A DNA stretch of 63,796 nucleotides, counting the filler, from an uncultured bacterium (GTDB lineage Bacteria > Latescibacterota > UBA2968): assembly GCA_964471275.1 (NCBI GenBank). It is 5 parts of 5 records of this genome, joined end to end, with 100 filler letters (N's around TTAATTAATTAA, not from the genome) between each part and the next. Parts side by side here need not be neighbours in the genome. Positions count along the whole stretch, not along the records: positions 54,734 to 63,796 come from CAYYGZ010000189.1; 4 more parts are not named here. One strand, given 5' to 3'. Shown in pieces: positions 59,918 to 63,796 of this stretch. Made by a program: the position numbers and the translations under genes. The notes under the pieces were generated by a model. It worked only from the letters and a program-made list of their open reading frames with translations. It was not told the DNA's origin and did not search any database. Numbering within the stretch: the first letter of the stretch is position 1; every line of letters begins with the position of its first letter.

Positions 59918-61135
59918 ATGCTATTGAATCGCAAATTCATCTCGCTCCTCCTGGTATCGTTCGGGATCTCCTTCCTCAACGCACCACGGTACGCCTTGCT
60001 GCCGGTCTACGTGGAAGCTGACCTTCTGCGCACGCCGATCTTCTCCGCAGGTCTCAAAGCGGTCTTCCTGGTCCTCGGAGGGCTTTTCGCCCTGCCCGCT
60101 GGAGCGCTTGCGGATCGATGGGGACCAAAGCGGATCTATCTGATCGGCACACTGACGCCTGCACTCGCAGCACTCGTGTTCCTGTCGAACGATGTGATGG
60201 CTCTGGCAGCCTTCTGTATCGGCATCGGAATCACATCGGGATTCGATAGTGCGGGAGGCCAGAGCTACCTGATCCGTGCGGTCGGGCCGAGGCTGATCGG
60301 CACAGCATCAGCGGGGTATTTCCTGGGCAACACGCTCGGGACGTCGATGGGAAATCTGATTGCGGGACCGATCGCAGACTCGCAGGGATACGCGGCACTT
60401 GGCACGCTGGCATTAGCGGGATGCGGGGTGCTGGTCGTTGGAGCGATCATCGGACTGCCCCACGTGCAAGGCAGCCCTAGACCGACACCTTCCCCGGCTC
60501 CTGATGACACCAGACCTCCACCGCATCTGATCTGGCGAAAGGAGGTCTTCCTCCTGCTCGGGCTCCGCTATCTCCCAACCTGCTACTGGGGAGCGGTCAC
60601 CCTCGTCCTCCCTCTCCTGATCTACCGAGCTACCGGCTCGAACACCGCTGTCACGACCTTCAGTGCCATCAGCCTTGGAATCGCAGCTTGTTTCCAGTTA
60701 CTCACCGGTCGTTTCTGTGACAAACACGGTCGCTGGGGACCTATCCTGGTTGCCGCAGGTATCGAGACGATCAGTGCGCTGGGTCTGGCAATCTGGTATG
60801 ATTCGGTACCGGGCCTATATGTGTGGGGTATCATCGCAGCTGCTTCCGCGTGGTCACTGTCAACGACGATGCCGGGTCTCATTCAGCTGATTGCGAATGA
60901 CGAAGAGAAGGGCAAGCTGGTTGGGGCGGCACATTTCGTGTGGAGCGCAGGGATGTTGACGGGGAATCTCGGCGGCGGCTGGCTTGTCGATTGGGCAGCA
61001 GACACGATATTCCATGTCGGCGCGGTATTCTGCCTCGGGGCATGGGTCTGTGGGTTGGGATTATACAAAGGCAGGGAACCATCCCTCGACTGGCGCTCGG
61101 GACAGGCTCTCGACACGTATAAACACGCGAAGTGA
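59918..61135 (+). CDS. MFS transporter
   Basis: GALADRWGPKR and GRFCDKHGR motif-A copies; about 12 TM segments. Confidence 0.9.
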   Translation: MLLNRKFISLLLVSFGISFLNAPRYALLPVYVEADLLRTPIFSAGLKAVFLVLGGLFALPAGALADRWGPKRIYLIGTLTPALAALVFLSNDVMALAAFCIGIGITSGFDSAGGQSYLIRAVGPRLIGTASAGYFLGNTLGTSMGNLIAGPIADSQGYAALGTLALAGCGVLVVGAIIGLPHVQGSPRPTPSPAPDDTRPPPHLIWRKEVFLLLGLRYLPTCYWGAVTLVLPLLIYRATGSNTAVTTFSAISLGIAACFQLLTGRFCDKHGRWGPILVAAGIETISALGLAIWYDSVPGLYVWGIIAAASAWSLSTTMPGLIQLIANDEEKGKLVGAAHFVWSAGMLTGNLGGGWLVDWAADTIFHVGAVFCLGAWVCGLGLYKGREPSLDWRSGQALDTYKHAK

Positions 61136-61300
61136 TTGACCGACAGCCTGCCCTGGGTTTCCGGTGCCACGGGCACAATTGGCTCCGCCCGCCTGATCTC
61201 TGGAGCCTGGGCGGAAATGTTGCCGAAGGCGGGACGGACACCGACTTTCCTACTGCCTATTGCCGACTCCCCATTCCCACATCACAGATATGGAGACAAA

Positions 61301-62311
61301 ATGCTGGACGGACTCTTCTCATCATATGACATAACAGAAAACCTCTCCCTCCCCAACCGCTTCGCGATGGCCCCGATGACGCGAAAACAATCACCAGGAG
61401 GGATTCCGACATGGACCGTGGCCGAACACTACAGGCGCAGGGCGGCCGGTGGTGTAGGACTAGTCATCACGGAGGGAGCCTTGACAGAACACCCGCTTGC
61501 GGCGAACGATCCGGACATCCCCAGACTTGCCGAGGATACGGTGACAGCGTGGCGGATGGTGCTGGACGAAATCCGGCCGACCGGGAGCAAGACATTCGTG
61601 CAGATCTGGCACCAGGGGCCGAAGACGAGACCCGGGATTGCGGCGTTTTCGGTAGAAGAAGAGGGTCAGCAGGTTGTTTCCGAAGCGTCAGAGCGGGATA
61701 AGCAGGAGCTGTTCGATGCGTTTGTCAAAGGTGCCGTGCTTGCGAAGGAGATCGGGTTCGACGGAATCGAACTTCACGGCGCGCACGGCTACCTCTTGGA
61801 CACTTTTATGCGAACAGGCCAGCTTGCGTTTGTGTGCGAAATCGTGCGTGAGATTCGCCGACAGGTCGGCAACGAGTATCCGATCTGTATCCGCTTCTCC
61901 CAGTGGGGTGTCGGCGACTTCGATGCACGCCAATTTCAGAGCCCTACCGAGATGGAAAACGGCCTTCTTCCGCTGAAGGAAGCCGGTGTGGACATCTTCC
62001 ACGCCAGCACCCGCAGATTCTGGGTTCCCGAATTCAAAGGCTCCGACCTCAGCCTTGCCGGTTGGACCCGCAAGATCACCGATTCCCCCACCATCACCGT
62101 CGGCAACATTGGCCTTGTTACCGCTGAACTCTTCGGGGAGGGTCCTGAGAGCCATACCGAATTGATGCGCCGTTACGACATCGGCGAATTCGATATAGCG
62201 GCTGTTGGGCGGCCCCTGATCAGCGACCCGGAATGGGTGCGCAAAGTTCAGGAGGGACGGGGGGACGAAATCATCGACTATTCGGATGAAGCGAAGAACG
62301 TGTATCCATAA
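61301..62311 (+). CDS. NADH:flavin oxidoreductase / old yellow enzyme family
   Basis: NRFAMAPMTR, GLVITEG, QIWHQG, GFDGIELHGAHGYLL, AVGRPLISDP; GGAG RBS before ATG 61301. Confidence 0.92.
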   Translation: MLDGLFSSYDITENLSLPNRFAMAPMTRKQSPGGIPTWTVAEHYRRRAAGGVGLVITEGALTEHPLAANDPDIPRLAEDTVTAWRMVLDEIRPTGSKTFVQIWHQGPKTRPGIAAFSVEEEGQQVVSEASERDKQELFDAFVKGAVLAKEIGFDGIELHGAHGYLLDTFMRTGQLAFVCEIVREIRRQVGNEYPICIRFSQWGVGDFDARQFQSPTEMENGLLPLKEAGVDIFHASTRRFWVPEFKGSDLSLAGWTRKITDSPTITVGNIGLVTAELFGEGPESHTELMRRYDIGEFDIAAVGRPLISDPEWVRKVQEGRGDEIIDYSDEAKNVYP

Positions 62312-62364
62312 TGCGAGTACGGCTGGCAGGGGAGGCCTTCGCAGGAAGCGGCTCCTGGCCTCCA

Positions 62365-62422
62365 GCCCTCACCCGATCGCCGCTGGCGCGACGACCGCCC
62401 TCTCCCGCCGAAGGGAGAGGGT
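62365..62422 (+). repeat. REP-like palindromic repeat, copy 3
   Basis: CCCTCACCCG...GACCGCCCTCTCCCGCCGAAGGGAGAGGG with a perfect CCCTCTCCC/GGGAGAGGG stem. Confidence 0.8.
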
Positions 62423-62574
62423 TTCTTCTCACCGACCTCTTTCCATTCCGTTGTCCAAGTTCAATCTCGTCGTTAAATTGGCCTACGAAGTGACATCCGA
62501 AGAGCCAGCAGCTCACCGTATCCGGAGCCTGCCCCGAGCGCCAGTTGACGGGGGTTCTTGCCTCCAGGGGTTAC

Positions 62575-63390
62575 ATGCCTGACCAACTCAGAATTCTCGT
62601 CATTGGCGCCCATCCCGACGACTGCGACATCAAAGCAGGCGGGATCGCCATCAAATACGCCGCTCTCGGTCACCACGTCCGCTTCGTATCCGTAACAAAC
62701 GGGGACGCCGGACATCACGAGATGGGTGGTATCCAGTTGGCCCGCCGCCGCCGAGCGGAAGCAGAAGCTGCCGGCGTTGTGGCCGGCATCGAGTATCACG
62801 TCATGGACAACCACGACGGCGAGCTCGAACCATCGCTGGAGAACCGTAAGAAAATCATCCGGATGATCCGAAGTTATACGCCGGATCTGATCCTCACCCA
62901 TCGCCCGAACGACTACCACCCCGACCACCGCTATACATCGATCCTGGTCCAGGATTCAGCCTACATGGTCTGCGTACCGAATATCTGCACGAACATGACG
63001 CCCCTGAAGACCAACCCCGTCATCGCCTACCTCAGTGATGGCTTCCAAAAGCCGACCCCGTTCGCCCCGGATGTTGTGATCGATATCGATGACGTTGTGG
63101 AGAAGAAACTGGACATGCTTCATTGCCATACGTCACAGATGTATGAGTGGCTGCCCTGGATAGGCGGGAACATCGATGAGGTGCCGGAAGGGAATGCCGA
63201 GCGAAGGAAGTGGCTGGAGCATCGGCTGGGAAGATTCGTCGGCGTAGCAGATGACTATCGAGACAAGCTGATCGAGTTGTATGGGGAGGAGCACGGGAGC
63301 GAGGTGACGTATGCAGAGGGATTCGAGGGATGTGAGTATGGGGACAAGCTGACGGACACCCGGATTCGCAGTCTCTTCCCAATCGAATAG
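62575..63390 (+). CDS. PIG-L family deacetylase
   Basis: GAHPDD, TNGDAG, RRAEA, DYHPDH, HTSQ, YAEGF. Confidence 0.92.
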   Translation: MPDQLRILVIGAHPDDCDIKAGGIAIKYAALGHHVRFVSVTNGDAGHHEMGGIQLARRRRAEAEAAGVVAGIEYHVMDNHDGELEPSLENRKKIIRMIRSYTPDLILTHRPNDYHPDHRYTSILVQDSAYMVCVPNICTNMTPLKTNPVIAYLSDGFQKPTPFAPDVVIDIDDVVEKKLDMLHCHTSQMYEWLPWIGGNIDEVPEGNAERRKWLEHRLGRFVGVADDYRDKLIELYGEEHGSEVTYAEGFEGCEYGDKLTDTRIRSLFPIE

Positions 63391-63796
63391 CCAGGGACAC
63401 ATGAAGAACCGCGCGACCGCGAGCTGCTGGAGCAACGGCGAAGCTGCTGCAGAAACTGGGCTGGCTGGAATGGGTGAAGTACGAGAAAATTTGCCTGTTG
63501 CGGCGGCTGCCAGAGGCGTTTGCACCACTCTAGATTCAGGTCACAGAAGTTCGTGTCTGTATTCTGATTGACCTACAACCGTCCTTCGAACCACCTGCCG
63601 CCACGTGAAACTACGGCGATGGGCACTCGAAATGAGCGGTGTATATCCTCGACAATAGCACAGGAACTACCGGGACACAACGCTAGAATCAGGTTACGGC
63701 TAGATCACATTGACCGGATCGAAGATGTCCGGAATCAGCAGATCGGAACACTCGATCGAAAGTAGGCCATTTCACCAGCTCCGCTGCACTCAACCG

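Noticed and set aside
56575..62422. Three similar repeats as a CRISPR array
   Set aside because: Copies are kilobases apart, separated by whole genes and divergent, and no cas genes are present
63391..63796. Short ORFs at the end of the window
   Set aside because: Multiple stops, no recognisable motif, and the region is cut by the window edge

Overview
The window is not one locus. It is five assembly contigs joined by identical 100-nt linkers (N44-TTAATTAATTAA-N44) at 13655-13754, 27356-27455, 41041-41140 and 54634-54733, so gene adjacency across linkers means nothing. The source looks like a draft or metagenome-assembled genome of a GC-rich heterotrophic bacterium. A dockerin-like C-terminal tag, sulfatases and CAZymes suggest a Latescibacterota-like organism (inference only). 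Contig 1 carries SUI1, two esterases, a GT4, a LutC/LutB-CCG dehydrogenase cluster, an Ord/amine-dehydrogenase-like gene, glgB and a uridine-kinase-like gene. Contig 2 is the fusA-tuf-S10-spc ribosomal cluster ending secY-rpmJ. Contig 3 has larB, a coupled minus-strand run (TIM barrel, GT2, radical SAM, GT2, pentapeptide K+ channel, DmpA peptidase, Na+/solute symporter), a LOG gene and broken PAS/receiver genes at both ends. Contig 4 has lepB, many gene remnants, a sulfatase, a decayed IS3 element with intact ends, a PL10 lyase, an aldo/keto reductase and a GxxExxY nuclease cassette. Contig 5 has NUDIX, RraA-like, GH10 xylanase, sulfatase, MFS, OYE and PIG-L genes with REP-like repeats between them. 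The best candidate for an undescribed system is the GxxExxY nuclease gene bracketed by 23-bp inverted repeats and a 3-bp direct repeat, with a gene-less copy of the motif on another contig; this resembles an autonomous/non-autonomous mobile repeat system. Other leads are a multi-PAS sensor apparently split by an ~11.7-kb inversion, REP-like direct repeats around the xylanase, a recurrent AT-rich dyad motif and two probable CTG starts. No rRNA, tRNA or CRISPR array was recognised. All family calls are by-eye motif recognition, not database searches.
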